Source: Peribolospora baueri
Lineage: Eukaryota
Direction: 5' to 3'
DNA: 20,000 bases
Assembly (NCBI GenBank): GCA_029717555.1
Contig: JAMDHS010000037.1
Span: forward strand, 178,400-198,399
Shown: piece after piece, positions 19,238 to 20,000 of the stretch
Numbering within the stretch: position 1 is the first letter of the stretch
How the letters are laid out: each line of letters begins with the position of its first letter
Translations under genes and position numbers: made by a program
The notes under the pieces: generated by a model
Seen by the model: only the letters and a program-made list of their open reading frames with translations
Told to the model about the DNA's origin: nothing
Database searches by the model: none

Positions 19238-19968
19238 GATGGCGACGAATGGCGACGAATGGAGACTGCCGTGCCGTGGCAGACAGGGAAGGGAAGGGAG
19301 GCTCGACGACAGACGAAGCAAACCGATGAAACGTGGCGGACGAGCAGCACAAGCAACAAATGAGGGTGGGCGACGAAGGACCACGACGTCCTTCCTTGCT
19401 TTTCGTCACTCCAAAGACGCCCCGCCTAGCCTCGCCATCTCACGCTTCCTTCACCCGCCTGTCTATCTCCCCTGCCCTCCTATCCATCCATCCAGACAGA
19501 CACGCGCGCATGGGCACACAAAGCTTGATAGAAATCGCCATGTGATGTGGTATCGGAGAACGGAAGGAAGAAGAGAAAAAGATCTCGAGAGATGGGGGAA
19601 GGTTGAGGAAGAGGAGAGGAGTGGGGGCGGGGAAAAGAAATGGCGGGGGAAGAAGGATGAGTGGGACGCGCGCTATAGGCAGGAGGCTGCGTGGAGAGGG
19701 ACGAGAGAATGGGCGGAGGCGTCGCAGATGCGTCGAAGAGAAAAAGAAAAAAAGGAAAGGACACGAGCGAGAGGAGCGAAGCGCAGCCAGCGGGCGATAT
19801 CGACGACGGCGCGAGGAGCTCGGATGTGGAACGGAAAGGAGACGGGGGCGTTGGGAGAATAAAGGGCGGGGAGAAGGGACAGGACGAAGGACGGACGGTG
19901 GACGAGACGAGAGGAGGCAAAGAATAAAAAGGCGGGCTATGGGACAGGAACGTTTCGGAGACAAAAGG

Positions 19969-20000
<32 letters not shown>
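19969..20000 (+). repeat. Poly(A) run (at least 32 nt) truncated by the window end
   Basis: Read directly from the sequence. Confidence 0.95.

Overview
GC-rich, intron-containing eukaryotic DNA, most consistent with a basidiomycete fungus (short GT(G/A)AG...CAG introns, microsatellite-rich intergenic DNA). I reconstructed five spliced protein-coding genes by hand, and each gives a continuous reading frame: a secreted two-domain fasciclin (FAS1) protein (-), autophagy protein ATG9 (+, 10 coding exons including one GC-AG intron), a ~1245 aa TEA/ATTS transcription factor (-), a GAF-fold free methionine-R-sulfoxide reductase (-) and a CHORD-CHORD-CS Hsp90 co-chaperone (+). Most other entries in the ORF track are shadow ORFs or low-complexity artefacts. 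The most interesting signal is that exon 2 of the TEA factor aligns motif by motif, by eye, with the YAP-binding domain of animal TEAD/Scalloped proteins, and the gene sits behind a ~1.55 kb upstream region with no sense-strand AUG. All homology calls come from recalled motifs; no searches were run.
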